A DNA stretch of 62,201 nucleotides, filler included, from 12 parts of 12 records of this genome joined end to end with filler, not necessarily neighbours in it, one strand, 5' to 3'. Shown: positions 22,901 to 34,602, counted from the first letter of the whole stretch. The notes: generated from the sequence alone by a model not told the origin. Made by a program: numbers and translations.

Positions 22901-23994
22901 TCGAGCTGCTCCAGGTAAGAGAAGATCTGCGCCTGGCAGTGATCGCTGCCCTGAACGCCACTTGCAGCGCAGTTTGCATTGTCGTTCACGTACGTAGGTA
23001 TGTAGGAAAAAGTCTTGTCCGGTGGGGAGAGTGGCCACGTGCCAGTTGATGCATTTGCAGGCACGAGGTTGTGGTAGGCCTGCGATAACAACCAAATCAG
23101 ATCCAGACTGCGCCCGCGAACACGGTCGTTGCGAACAAGAGATGATGTATATATGTAGGTGTTCACCGTGTTGAGCGTCCAATCTGACTGCCTCTGCACG
23201 ACATCATCCCAGTCGGCAATGTCGCGCGACGGGGGCGTTACCTTCTCTAGTAACTTCGCAAGCAGCCGCAAAAACAGATCTGCGCGCTCGCCGGCGTTGT
23301 CGGCTGTTTCCGATGTGACCATGAGCCAGGCGTCGGAGAGGGTCAGATTCGACCTCAGGGTCAGTGGGATCGCCGGTGGGGGCAGCTGCCAACCCAAGCC
23401 GAAAGGCCGCGACCATGTGTTCACCGAAAGTATCGGTTCTGGGAGTGCCTGTGCTGCGTCCAAGAGCGGGCCGATGCTGCCAACGTTCTGGTAGTACAGG
23501 AAGGTCCTTCGCGCCGTGCCGTCACCGATCGCGCCGTAGACGATCGGCGCCTCGAAGACAGTGCAGCGCAGGCCGGGCTTGCCGTCACAAACCGCGCCAT
23601 GGAAAGGGGCGGTAAGCGCATCCGAGTTTTCGGGGATCGCATCCTGGGCGCGACGGCGGCGGCGGTGCCTCCGCATCTCACCGTCCAGGGGCTGGAAGTA
23701 AGTGGTGAGCGGGCCGTGCGCCAGCAGCTCTGGGTGTGGGACAGTGCTCGGACCGAGCGCACCACCCGCGCGCATCTCGACTACGCGGTGCAGGGTCTCC
23801 ACGCCTCCTGCGGGCGCGTTGTCGGACTCTCGCTCCTCCTTGACGTCCAGGTTGGCGAGGCTCGGTGAGGCGATCGGGTACGTAAACTCCAGCATCCCGC
23901 CGGCAGCAAAGGTTCGTGGTGGGGCCACTGGCAAAGCGAGGGTTGTGGCGGCGAAGACTGCGGCGATGAGGGTCGCGAACAGCACGTGTGGCAT
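19932..23994 (-). CDS. Large multi-exon secreted protein, possibly six-hairpin (alpha/alpha)6 glycosidase-like
   Basis: Signal peptide MPHVLFATLIAAVFAATTLA. The first four GT-AG introns were traced in frame, giving ...GSDSWQI...YELDAIGGYILVMMEAYETFHNHTYLEEAKIAADRL. 3' exons are inferred from short minus-strand ORFs down to 19932 and not fully resolved. Confidence 0.55.
21472..21541. repeat. Compound microsatellite (CCTG)/(TCTG)/(CG)/(TG), probably intronic
   Basis: cctgcctgcctgcttgcctgtctgtctgtctg...gcgcgcgcgcgcgtgtgtgtgtg read directly. Confidence 0.8.
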
Positions 23995-24605
23995 TGCAGT
24001 ATTCCAGTACCACCTGAGCTATTCCGCCTATTCGGGATTCAATTGCTTCCTATTCGAATACCTCCGGAAGTACGCGTCTTCGTTCAAGCGCTCGTACAGC
24101 TGTAGCTGCCGATGCGCACGTGCAGTCGCACAGGGGAACTTCGAAATCTACCTCTAGCTAGAGACGGAGTACTAGATGTAGAATACGTATCTAGCCGACT
24201 CGGGCTCGCGCGTGCCGGAGCGTGTGCGTGAATGAGTACAGTCGTATGTGTCGTCGCCGCGCCGCCCAGCGCTAGCTCTAGCTAGCTGCCTGCGTGCTGC
24301 GGCCTGCGCGTTTGGCCGACGCGCCGTGGGCGATACGATGCTGTGCCCCGGGCGGCCGGGACCCACGCATGATGCTGGTGCCCCAGCAGGCCCGTACAAT
24401 TGTACAAGACACCGACGCATACATGTACCGAAGTTCAGGAATTTGAGGAATCAGTGTCGCCGAAAGTCTGGAGCGACTGACGAGCAATCTGCACTGCTAG
24501 CTATTCATAACGCGAAGGTACGTTGGGAGGGGTCGCGTATGGTTTAACCATGACAAGTAGCTGGTTGGCTATATCGAAGGGCGGGGGGGGGGGGGGGGGG
24601 GGGGG

Positions 24606-24705
24606 NNNNNNNNNNNNNNNNNNNNNNNNNNNNNNNNNNNNNNNNNNNNTTAATTAATTAANNNNNNNNNNNNNNNNNNNNNNNNNNNNNNNNNNNNNNN
24701 NNNNN
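24606..24705. other. Artificial contig spacer
   Basis: N44-TTAATTAATTAA-N44. Confidence 0.99.
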
Positions 24706-24774
24706 AGCAGCAGCAGCAGCAGCAGCAGTGCTGCAGTAGTGGCGCGGCAGTCAGCCTATCGGTTGGATGCATAC

Positions 24775-27700
24775 CTGCAGCTTGATGAAGCGCTGGTACT
24801 GCTTTGGAGGCAGCTGTGCCACAACTCCAATCACGCCGTTTACGGTCGCAAACAGGAGTGTAGGTGCCGCTGACATGGTTGGGTCCGTAGTGGCGTCTGC
24901 TCCGGGGCCACCGGGACCTACAGTTGGTCCGTCCACCGCCATCGCCGTCGCGCCTGAGCCACTGTCGCCGCTGCCGCCCGCTATCGGCGGAGCAACTGTC
25001 AGGGTGTCCGGAACCTGGGGCACCTGCATGACGAGACTGCCATGGCGGAATGCATTGATGAATTCGCCCACGTGAAATGCTCCCACCACTTCAAGCCGTT
25101 TCTTCTCTTCATCTGACGTCGCATCGTTATTCCTTCGCACGGTAAAAATGTTATATTCATGCTCTGCTCCGATGAAGGTGTGATCATCAATGGTCGAAAC
25201 TGCGGTCATCCAATTGGCGTCAAAGTCCTTCGCAACCTCCTCGATCGAACCCACGCTGTCACTAGAACCGTCGCTTCCCGGTGGTTTGTACTGCAGAAGG
25301 CTGACCGACTTCATCAAATCACCAACCACCACGAAGTCTCCTCGAACGGCAATGTACAACACTATGATGTGGCCGTGATGGCCGCATTCTCGGCGCAGGA
25401 CCCGCGAGCCATCCGCTTCAACCACAGACCATGTGTAGATCTGTAGCTTCGAATCAACACCAGCGACGAGCTTGCCGCCCTGAAACGTCGACATCGTGTA
25501 CACTGCCCCTGGAACATCCAGCTCGGTCACCTTCGCAAGCTTTTTCTGTTCGGTTAGTTGGAAGACCAGTATCCGCCCCTTGGATGGTTCCTGCTCACCC
25601 GGGAGGCAAAATGCAGTGCCTACGACAAAGTACGAAGCGTCGTCCTCCTTCTCTGTAAACGATGTCGAGATCAGAGAACATGCCGTCTCGTACGGCTCCA
25701 GCTCCATGCTGTCGAGCACCTCAAAGGTCTGGTCGTCATACACACGTAGGTAGTAAACCTCCTCGTAGTTATCCGGGTCTACGTCGGATGCCATCATTGT
25801 GACTACTGCAAACACCCTCGTTTGTGGCTGGTGGCAAATTCTCTTCGGCTGTTCCTGCAGTGGAATCGTGCGTATATGTAGCTTCTGGATGTCGTCTACT
25901 GTTCCAATTGTCAACTCATCCTCTGTTGAGATCGCTAGGTGATCCTTGAAGTCTTCACAATGGAACGGACACACGTGGTTGACATCCTTCCGGTTCACGT
26001 TCGAGTACAGCAACTTGCCATTGGACGAATACACCACCGTCGGCCGGTCGCAAGCTGCGAAGACGTACTCGGTTGAGTTGCTGGTAAACTTACCAAGGAC
26101 GATCGGCTGGGTGCCAAGGGAGATCTTCTTGCGCTCCGTCAAGGCTGCTGTCTCTGCGTCCAGCACAAACGTAAACAACTGCCCGTCACCTAGCCCGCAG
26201 AGCAACATCGGCTGGCCGTCGAATGCTGATATTAGCACCGAGCGCGGGATGACACCACCACCAAGTAGCTCTGTCGTGGCCATCTCGAGCGATGGAAGGC
26301 GTAGCAGACGTATCGAGATTTCGGTCCACAGGCCAACGGCCACGAGCAGCGTTTCATCCATACTGACAGTACACGGTGCGCAGCACAGACACGCAACCTC
26401 ATATTCCAGCACAACCGCGGCGACCTGTACCAGCTTCCATTCTATATCTTGTTGTTGAAGCTGTAGGTAAACCAGTCGGCAGCCCTCTGCAGCCACAACG
26501 ACTTGCGTGGGACTGCAGGCTGCAATGACGATCTCGGATTCTGCGCCGGGTGTCCAAACTGACGTCAAATCCTGCGTCACGCAGGAGACTAGCCGGACTT
26601 CCTTTGGAGTGACCTGGAGCAGCATGTCATGCGCAAGGTTGGCACAGAGCAAAGTTCGCGACTCGGAATCAAAACCAGCAATTTCCCCTTCCTCTAGGTC
26701 ACCACCCTCCTCCTGGTCAGCCTCGCCCTGGCCAGCCTCGCCGCCCGACACCCCGTCCTCGTGCATCGGATCTGCGCCGGCACTTACCATCAACATACGC
26801 GTCTCTGTCACGAAGGACTGCACGAGATACTTATCGTACAGCGAGGTACTGCTCTCGCGGAGTGACCAGAGGCCCTGGATCCCAGGTAGCTCAACCTCCG
26901 CTGTCTCGTTGATACCGATGCCATTGCGCACCTGCCGCAGCGAGCCGTCCTTCCCTGTACCAGAGCACGTTACCAGTTGGCACTGACCCTGGCGGTCGAG
27001 ATCGACAACGCAAAAGTCGACGATCGGCCCGAGATTAGTGTAAGTCTCGCGGATCTCGAAGAGATTCCCTGTCTCGGCGTCACGCTCCGGGCCGAGCTTA
27101 ATGAGCTGGCTGTCACCCTGGGCCGAACCGACGTAGACAACGCCACTGTCAAGGTATGAGAGTGTAGACGCGATGCTACTCTGGCCTAGCGGCTCCCAGC
27201 TCAGGTTCTGGACCACGCCCCCAGTATGTTCCAGTACGAGCATGTACAGGAACCCCTGGCTGTCGCCCACCAAGATGCGCGAGCCGTCCGGATCGACGTA
27301 CGCCCACGTCTTTACCTCGCACATGTCGATGGGCTGACACTCGTACGTATCTGCATTCAGATAGTACGTGACGCTTTCCTCCGCAACGAGCACCACGCCA
27401 CCAAGCGGCGCTGGTACCGGGATGACGTGGCTGGATTGCGGGTCAACGTAATCAATCCGCCAGGGGCCTGCCCGAAAGTCTTTGTCGCGCACAGAGACCT
27501 CATACGTCTTCAGGTGGCAGTTGTCCTGGTTGTCGAGATGCAGCACCAGCAGCGTCGGCTCGGGCGTGCAGTGCAACAGCGCGAGATCGATCACTTTGAT
27601 CTCCTCCATGCGGATGTTGAAAGCTTCGCCGAAACCCGTCCCCGGCACGACGGGAATGACCTTGAACAGCCCGTCGTACAGCTGCATGCCAACTAATCGT

Positions 27701-28077
27701 AGCCCTGGATCGACAAGAGCAACCTGTCCATCCTCACGCTTTCTCCCGATGCGGTCGGCGAGGTCGCCATTCGCCCGGGTCGTCAGCACCTTCGCCTCCG
27801 GGTCCCAGCCCAGCAGGCAGAACCAGTGGCGCTCGGTCGAGATGAACAGCGAGTCTTGGTCCTCGCCGGGCAGCCGTATCAGCTCCATGGTTGCCACGCG
27901 CCCGTAGATGCCGACATCGCTCACAGCTACCAGCCCCTCCGGCGTGAGCAGAAACAGCTCGATGCGCGTCGAGTGTGCGACGATCAGGTTGAGGTCGGCG
28001 GCGCCGGTAAAGTTCCCAACGAGCGACCGGAAGACCGCCGTCGGTGGCTGGGCCGTGACGACGTAGTTGTACGCCAT
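24775..28077 (-). CDS. DDB1: DNA damage-binding protein 1 (CUL4 adaptor), 3'-truncated at an intron near the contig end
   Basis: MAYNYVVTAQPPTAV, NLGPIVDFCVVDLDRQGQCQLVTCSG, GTVDDIQKLHIRTIPL, GDFVVVGDLMKS, FHVGEFINAFRHGSLVM; donor CAG|GTATGC at 24774. Confidence 0.97.
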
Positions 28078-28281
28078 GCGTCCCGCTCAAAAGTCCACTC
28101 CGCACTCTCGGTCAGCAACCCTCTGGTTCTTCGTCCAGCACGCAGCCAGCGCGCTGGGGCGGGAGCAGTCCTCTCCGACCCTCACTGCCTCAGTCAGCGG
28201 TACGGGGGAAGAAGCCCTGCCCCGTCCTACCTCGATGGATGGGCTGAGAGACGAAAGACGGCAGCCACCTGCACCCTCGCA

Positions 28282-28397
28282 CAGCCAACACTTCTACGGC
28301 CCCAGCCAACACTTGTACGGCCCCAGCCAACACTTGTACGGGCCCAGTCACTTGTATGGCCCCAGTCAATTGTATGGCCCCAGTCACTTGTATGGGA
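28282..28397. repeat. Minisatellite: 3 x 21-nt plus 3 x 18-nt related units (repeat family C)
   Basis: CAGCCAACACTTGTACGGCCC x3 then CAGTCACTTGTATGGCCC x3, about 200 nt upstream of the DDB1 ATG. Confidence 0.9.
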
Positions 28398-28549
28398 GCC
28401 CCCCCGTTCCCTCCCTTGCCCAGTTTGAAATCTCCTACTGTCGATTCTCAAGTCATTGACTCATTCATTCAGTCCCAGAATTCGCGGAGAGGAAAAAGCA
28501 CTAATTTCGGTAGTAATGTGCAAGAAAAAGCAGCGGCTCGAGGTGGTCA

Positions 28550-28649
28550 NNNNNNNNNNNNNNNNNNNNNNNNNNNNNNNNNNNNNNNNNNNNTTAATTA
28601 ATTAANNNNNNNNNNNNNNNNNNNNNNNNNNNNNNNNNNNNNNNNNNNN
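28550..28649. other. Artificial contig spacer
   Basis: N44-TTAATTAATTAA-N44. Confidence 0.99.
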
Positions 28650-28917
28650 GCATGGCTTGAGGACAGAGGTACAGAGGGGAGGCTGGAGGCTCAGGGAACA
28701 CCCGCCGCGGCGGCAGCGGCGGCGGCGGCGGCGGCAGTGAGGGGTGAGAGGCGAGGGAGCGGCACAAGAGCGGCACAGAAGCGGTGTACACACAGGTCAG
28801 GCGCTGCGGCCGACAGGAGCCGTCAGGGAAAGCTGCAGCAGCTGTGAAGGAGCCGGCGGCGGCTACACGGGAGCTCTGCAGCAGTTGTCATCCACAGGGA
28901 GCTCTGCAGCAGCCAGC

Positions 28918-31900
28918 ATGTTTGGCGCGGCGCTCCCGCGCAGAGGGCTCACGGGAGCAGCCGCGGGTGGCTTCCTGCAGCAGCACCAGCAGCTACAGCA
29001 GCAGCGGACGGCGGAGCGAAAGGCACAGATCCGCGAACAGCTTGAGAAGCAGCGCGACACACTGGACAAGCACATCGAGTCGATCCGGGCGCGGCCGCAT
29101 GCAGTCCTTTTCAACCTCACCGACGAGATAGCGATGGGGATGGCGCGCCGGCTGACCCAGGAGGAGGAGCGCGTGCGTCTCGCGGAGGAGCTGATCAAAC
29201 TCGTGCAGGAAAAGAAGTTAGCGGCGTTGAAGAGCAGCAAGCTGGGCGCCTGGCTGGATAAAAGCAAGCGCGGTGGGCTCGAGGACATGCGGAAGCTGCA
29301 GGGTTCTTTGAAGCGGCAGCTGGAGAGTGGCGACGATCACCTCGCCCAGACTTTGTTGGCGCAGGGCAAGGCGATCGCAGCGAAGAACCAGCAGACATCG
29401 CTGCTGCTCTTCAGGGCGGCAGCGTTCTACTACTCCGCCACTGGGCAGGAGCGGCCCAAGCTGATCAAACGCATCAAGGAGATGGAGGAATCGGTTGCCA
29501 GGCTGACTGCGGCGGGCGTGCTGAGACCATGCGCGCAGGTAGTGCTGAGCGAGGAGACGGAGGGCGGGGCACACGGCGACGAGGAGGACATAGCGCAGCA
29601 ACAGGCAATTCTTGCGTCAGATCCCCGCAGCGCGCTGCAGATGGCCAAAGACAAGTGGCAGGAGAACAAGGTGGGCTGGAAGAGCCGTACCCCTGAACAG
29701 AAAAAGGAGGAAGTCGAACAGTTTCAGCGACAAATCAAGTCGGCGATCAGCGCAACGGCGCAGCGGATCTGCATTGATGAAATGACACAGGCCCGTTGGG
29801 GCGCGCTAACGGAAGAGGAGCAGCAGAGCGCGCTTCGAAATGCTGAGGGGCAAGTCGAGGATCGCAGACGAAAGGCCGCTCTCGACGCTAAGAATGCCAC
29901 CACCGACAGCCCGGCCCGAATGTCCTCAACAAGCCTTGGGAAGAAGAAAGATGGCACAAAGCTGGTGAACCAGATCTTGGATCACCATACTAAGTTGCGC
30001 TCGATTCTGGACGAAATCAAAGCTGACGGTCCTCTCAGAGCTGAGATTGAGAGTAAGGCGTGCAGTAATCTCTTGGAGTGCGAGGAAGAGTACGTGAAAA
30101 TTCAACTGATGGAAGTTCGTGCAGCTGATGCTCAGCTCGCTAAGAAGGTGAAGGACACAGAAGCAACTACCGCAGAGAATAACAGAGACGCGGAGCAATT
30201 AGATCAAAAGCTTGACTCGTCCATCAAGAAGCTCTGGATGCGCTTCGTTTCGAAATATCACCCCGACAAGCCAGGCAGCCGATACGTCGATGATGCCGAT
30301 GGGTGGCGCAAGGCCGAGCAAGCCGCAAACGTGCTCCGCGACCGCCGCGTCCGATTGCTCTATTTCAGGAATGAGGCACACGAAGGTGTTACTGTGGACT
30401 CATCCATAGAAGCAGATGACGAGGTAGTGCACGCGATCCAGGGAGCAGCCCCGAATCGTTGCACTCTACCGTGGCTGACTGCTAGACCAGACGGGGAGCT
30501 CGACGTGGACTGGAGCTGTACTGGGGCAGCGTTTAGTAGCGTGCACACGTATCGTTTGCAAGCTAAAAAGAAGTTAATCTCACAGTCATGGGAGACCATC
30601 TGGGAAGGACCTCGACCGTCCACCACTGTTGGCCCCAGGTATCGCAGCTGGATATTTCGGTGTTGTGCGATCAACGGTTTCGGTAGCGGCGGATTTTCTA
30701 ACCCAACAAGCCTCGTGGAACAGCAGCAGCAAGAACAGCAGAAGAAGCGCAGTAGTGTTAAATCGCAGAGTGGTGGGTCTACCACGCTGACACGCAAGGA
30801 GGCCTTAGAGCAGAGGCGTAAGCAAGAGGCACGAGAGCAATTGCAGCATGCTATGAGCAGTCACAGCCAGAAAGCTGTGAACGCATATGACGTATTGATA
30901 GATGCCATAGCTGCATTTAAGAAGCTGAAGAAGCTGTCAACTGGCCATTCGTCAGGAGACGACGATGGTCTCATTCAGCGTGCTCAGTTGCTGTCAATCA
31001 AGCTTCAGTCTCGCATCGTTGCTAAAGCGGAAACCAGCGAATGGAAGCATCGTCTGAAGCATTGCTCAAACGAGGAGCTCAAATCGATGTTGGAAGAAAT
31101 TCAAGCGCACGAGATTAACCCAACTGTAGTAAACATGATCAAGCAGACAATTGACAAACGTTCAGCCTCAGATGATTTCGCCGAAATGCGCGAAGTACTG
31201 CTCACTGCTGCCCAACGCTCAGATATTTTCAAACGTGAGTGGCAAAACCACTTTTTCATGTTGGCAAGTGTGCTGGAGGGCAAAGTTGCACAACAAAAGC
31301 AGGCACAAGCTAATCGACTTGCACAACTTGAGGCTGAACGGCAGAAGAAAGAGCGCGCAAGAACGGCAGCGGAGACTGAGCGGCGTCGACGGCAGGAGGA
31401 ACAGGAGGCATATCAGCAGCAGCGCGAGCTGGCCGCGATTGCGCGTGCGGAACAAGAGTCGCGACAGCTCTCCAAAGCACAGCAGAAGAATGCACGCCGG
31501 CGCGCCAAGAAGTCCGCTACTCAAGAGCAGCAGGAGGCCATCGCTGACGTGATTGAGCGTCAACGCCAAGAGGTGGACAGACATATGGCTGAGAGAGAGG
31601 CTGAAGTTGCCCGCCGTGCGCGCGAGCGCGACGCAGAAGAACGTGAGCGATTGCAAGAGGTGCTTTCGCGAGAGATGCAGCAGGAGCAGAGCCAGCAGTG
31701 GCAACAGGCTGCTGGTCGAAGTGGTGGCGGATCTTCGGGCTGGGAGGGCGTTGACAGTTACAAAGCACAAACCTTGGTAGAAGAGGTTTCAACTATCGAA
31801 ACTCATGTTCGCGCGGGCACCACTGGAGGGATCAAGGTGCGGCGAGTTGCTGGCAGCTCCTCTGGTCAATCATCGAAAGGCAAAAAGGGGAAGAAACCAA

Positions 31901-32715
31901 AGACATCGGCGGAGACACGCAGATCGCAGGACCAATCGACACATTCCAACAAGCAACCCTCGACGCCTGTGCGCGATGCCCGCGCTACCAAAGAACCTGC
32001 GCCACAGAGATCAGGGTGTGTGTTTCCAGCATGGAGTAGTGGTCCTGAGAACAGTCTACCAGAGCCCCGAAGCTTGGAGTCAGCTGCGCAGCTGAGACAA
32101 CTTGAGCTGGAGCGCACTGGGCGCAATGCAGAGCGAGAAAGAGCACGCGACATGGCCGTAGCTTTGGAGAGAGCACGAGCTGAGTTGCAGCAGCGCGATC
32201 AGGAGCTTGAGGCTTTTCGTCGCCAGGAAACTGTGGTGCAGCAAACGGAAGTGTCCGGACCGGGACCATCTATACAGCAGCCCGAGACCATTGTGACTGC
32301 TGCCGTCGACCCTGGTGTGACAATGCGACCTCGCAATTCAGTAGAGGACAGCGTGACGGGCAGACTCATCGCGGCTGACTCCAGCGTTGTCATGGCAGAA
32401 GCGGTGACCTTGTCAACAGTTACAGCAGCCTCAGCCGAGGCTCAGGTTGTGGGTCATGATGACGGAGCGATGACAGCTGAAATGCTGGAGAGCGATGAGG
32501 ATTATCATGCGCTGAGTGCCTTCTTGAGCGCCCAGGGCATGAGCAGGCACAAAGAAAAACTGGTCGAGAATGAGGTATCGTTTGATACTCTGTTGATGTT
32601 CAATGAGGATGACTATAAGGAGCTAGGCATCGCCAAAGGCCCACGCGTCAAGATGCTGAGGACTTGCCAGGTCTGGTATCAGGAGCAGCTCGACAAACTA
32701 CAGCAACAAAGATGA
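28918..32715 (+). CDS. Multidomain J-domain protein: coiled coil, J domain, FN3, coiled coil, SAM
   Basis: IKKLWMRFVSKYHPDK...AANVLRD (J domain with HPD); LDVDWS...YRLQ...WETIWEG...FRCCAINGFGSGGFS (FN3); LSAFLSAQGMSRH...YKELGIAKGPRVKML (SAM). First ATG at 28918; the frame is open upstream. Confidence 0.8.
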   Translation: MFGAALPRRGLTGAAAGGFLQQHQQLQQQRTAERKAQIREQLEKQRDTLDKHIESIRARPHAVLFNLTDEIAMGMARRLTQEEERVRLAEELIKLVQEKKLAALKSSKLGAWLDKSKRGGLEDMRKLQGSLKRQLESGDDHLAQTLLAQGKAIAAKNQQTSLLLFRAAAFYYSATGQERPKLIKRIKEMEESVARLTAAGVLRPCAQVVLSEETEGGAHGDEEDIAQQQAILASDPRSALQMAKDKWQENKVGWKSRTPEQKKEEVEQFQRQIKSAISATAQRICIDEMTQARWGALTEEEQQSALRNAEGQVEDRRRKAALDAKNATTDSPARMSSTSLGKKKDGTKLVNQILDHHTKLRSILDEIKADGPLRAEIESKACSNLLECEEEYVKIQLMEVRAADAQLAKKVKDTEATTAENNRDAEQLDQKLDSSIKKLWMRFVSKYHPDKPGSRYVDDADGWRKAEQAANVLRDRRVRLLYFRNEAHEGVTVDSSIEADDEVVHAIQGAAPNRCTLPWLTARPDGELDVDWSCTGAAFSSVHTYRLQAKKKLISQSWETIWEGPRPSTTVGPRYRSWIFRCCAINGFGSGGFSNPTSLVEQQQQEQQKKRSSVKSQSGGSTTLTRKEALEQRRKQEAREQLQHAMSSHSQKAVNAYDVLIDAIAAFKKLKKLSTGHSSGDDDGLIQRAQLLSIKLQSRIVAKAETSEWKHRLKHCSNEELKSMLEEIQAHEINPTVVNMIKQTIDKRSASDDFAEMREVLLTAAQRSDIFKREWQNHFFMLASVLEGKVAQQKQAQANRLAQLEAERQKKERARTAAETERRRRQEEQEAYQQQRELAAIARAEQESRQLSKAQQKNARRRAKKSATQEQQEAIADVIERQRQEVDRHMAEREAEVARRARERDAEERERLQEVLSREMQQEQSQQWQQAAGRSGGGSSGWEGVDSYKAQTLVEEVSTIETHVRAGTTGGIKVRRVAGSSSGQSSKGKKGKKPKTSAETRRSQDQSTHSNKQPSTPVRDARATKEPAPQRSGCVFPAWSSGPENSLPEPRSLESAAQLRQLELERTGRNAERERARDMAVALERARAELQQRDQELEAFRRQETVVQQTEVSGPGPSIQQPETIVTAAVDPGVTMRPRNSVEDSVTGRLIAADSSVVMAEAVTLSTVTAASAEAQVVGHDDGAMTAEMLESDEDYHALSAFLSAQGMSRHKEKLVENEVSFDTLLMFNEDDYKELGIAKGPRVKMLRTCQVWYQEQLDKLQQQR

Positions 32716-32899
32716 CCCGGCCGGTTGCCGTCAGTTGCCAAACAGTCCAACGAGTTACGGTAGTCTGCTCTGGCTCCTGGACTGCATACTACTGTGAGTG
32801 GTAGCAGGCCTGTATGAGCCTCATGAGTTTCTGAACAGCCGTTGGCGCAGTAGTCTCAGTGGACACCACTTTATTTCAACTTCAAACCTTCTCACTTAG

Positions 32900-34087
32900 T
32901 TACTTCACTGAAAGAGATAGCGAAAGCACACTAAACACCGTCTGGCAGCTCGGGCCACTGCAACCTGGAGCGTCACGCTCGTGCAGCAGCCCAAGCTGAT
33001 CCGTGTTCCTGAGCTCTGTCATACAAGAGTATGCAGACCCTTCTGGATGCACAAGTTTCTTGAGCGACCATGTTCTGCCTGCATCGACTGATCGTCTGAC
33101 TGTCATCTTACTCCGACTCTCGTCTGCTGGATTTGAAAAGAACAGGAACTTAGGGTTGTCGACAGGGAGCCCGAGGACGCTGCCCTGACACCCGTGGCCT
33201 GGTTCAGTGAGGATGGGGTTCCACTGCACTGGGAGTGCGAAATGGCCTCCGCCATCTGTGGACAATGCACTTGCACGGCATTCGCTTGGCTTGCCGGTAA
33301 TGTTTCCTCTCGTTCGTGAGTTGAAGTACACTGCACTTGGACTAGTAGCCCCAGGCGTCGGAGGAGGCAGCAGTGTCTCAGCAACTTGAGCCTCATTCAT
33401 TTCAGGGATTGGCGTTTGCGAGATCGTCCAGCTGCTGCCTCCGTCGTCGCTGTACCAAACGCAATCGTGGCGATCCGGTGCGGGATACTTCTTGTCCCAT
33501 CCGACCATTACGAGACGGCCTGCGTGAGGGCCCTTCGCCAGCTGTACGCCCCGGCCTGGGCCAGCGTTCGCCGAAGCGCACAGTGGCGTTAAAGATACGG
33601 CCAACGAGCGGGGCGCGCGCCACGTCAGTCCATTGTCTGTGCTAGTCATCTGGTGTACAGTGCGATTCCAATTGAAGTGCAGAACAGTGGTGCCCGAGGG
33701 TCGATGGAAGACCGCCAGAGGCTGATTCGAGCCAGCTGGGGCAACACAGTGCGGTGACGCGTCCCAAGTTGAGCCATTCGTTGTCGACCGCTTCATGCAG
33801 ACACACGCTGGCGCAGTAGGTACAATTGGATTCTCTGGCACGCAGCCGTCGCCCACTCTGTCACGGCACTCTGCGAAAGCCAACAGGGCGGCTTCCTGCC
33901 CATTGTTTTCACCGGCCAAGATAACGGAGGGTATTCGGGTGCAGGGCCAGTGGCCTTCGTTGTGTGTGAACACGGTCGTGCCATCAGCCGCGGCCAGCGC
34001 TGCCTCACCAGCTGCGCTGCTGGCAGCAGCCACCACGCAGCACGCTGCAGCGAGCAGCAGCTGGGGTTGTGACTGCTGTGACGCCAT
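32900..34087 (-). CDS. Secreted GH33 sialidase (BNR/Asp-box beta-propeller)
   Basis: Signal peptide, TRIP motif, five Asp boxes (STTNGSTW, STDNGLTW, SDDGGSSW, STDGGGHF, SVDAGRTW), NEAQV Glu, NSR Arg, SAYS Tyr. Confidence 0.92.
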   Translation of the reverse strand: MASQQSQPQLLLAAACCVVAAASSAAGEAALAAADGTTVFTHNEGHWPCTRIPSVILAGENNGQEAALLAFAECRDRVGDGCVPENPIVPTAPACVCMKRSTTNGSTWDASPHCVAPAGSNQPLAVFHRPSGTTVLHFNWNRTVHQMTSTDNGLTWRAPRSLAVSLTPLCASANAGPGRGVQLAKGPHAGRLVMVGWDKKYPAPDRHDCVWYSDDGGSSWTISQTPIPEMNEAQVAETLLPPPTPGATSPSAVYFNSRTRGNITGKPSECRASALSTDGGGHFALPVQWNPILTEPGHGCQGSVLGLPVDNPKFLFFSNPADESRSKMTVRRSVDAGRTWSLKKLVHPEGSAYSCMTELRNTDQLGLLHERDAPGCSGPSCQTVFSVLSLSLSVK

Positions 34088-34602
34088 ATTCGATTATGAC
34101 AGTAGTGCGCGCTGGGCGGGGGACGGCGGGATGGCCGTGTGTGCTATTATAGTACACACGACACGCGGCGGCGGGGGGTGGGGGGTGGGGGGGCGGCACC
34201 TGGCGAATTTGGTGGTCAGGCTGGTCAGGACTTAGTCAGCGAGCGAGGAGCAGGAGGGACGTCGAGCCGGTCGTACGTACGCAGCTAGCAGCTTATTTGC
34301 CAATGCCATTTGGCCGCATGGCGCATGCTGCATGCATCCACGCATGCGTGAGCGGCGCGCGCGCGCGGGCATTTCACGCGGACGCGCACGAGGCGGTAGT
34401 ATACGAATTTATAATGTACACATGTATCCGGACGGATGGACGATACTGGATACGCCATGGTCATGCCCGCGGGGCGCCAGGTACGACGGTACGCGTAGCG
34501 TTCAGGCGACCTCGCGCCGTGCTGCTCCGCGCGCTCTAGAAGACGGAGACCGACCGACGACCGACCACCGCGGACCAGCAGCGCACGAGCGCACGCGATC
34601 GC

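Noticed and set aside
24583-24728. Poly-G, poly-C and (AGC)n tracts at contig edges as telomeres or functional elements
   Set aside because: Simple repeats at assembly break points; no telomeric repeat array is seen.
28282-28397. CRISPR array or HLYGPSQ repeat protein (ORF 28067..28459)
   Set aside because: Units are head-to-tail with no unique spacers, there are no cas genes, and the context is eukaryotic. The ORF overlaps the DDB1 start antisense and is explained by unit lengths being multiples of 3.
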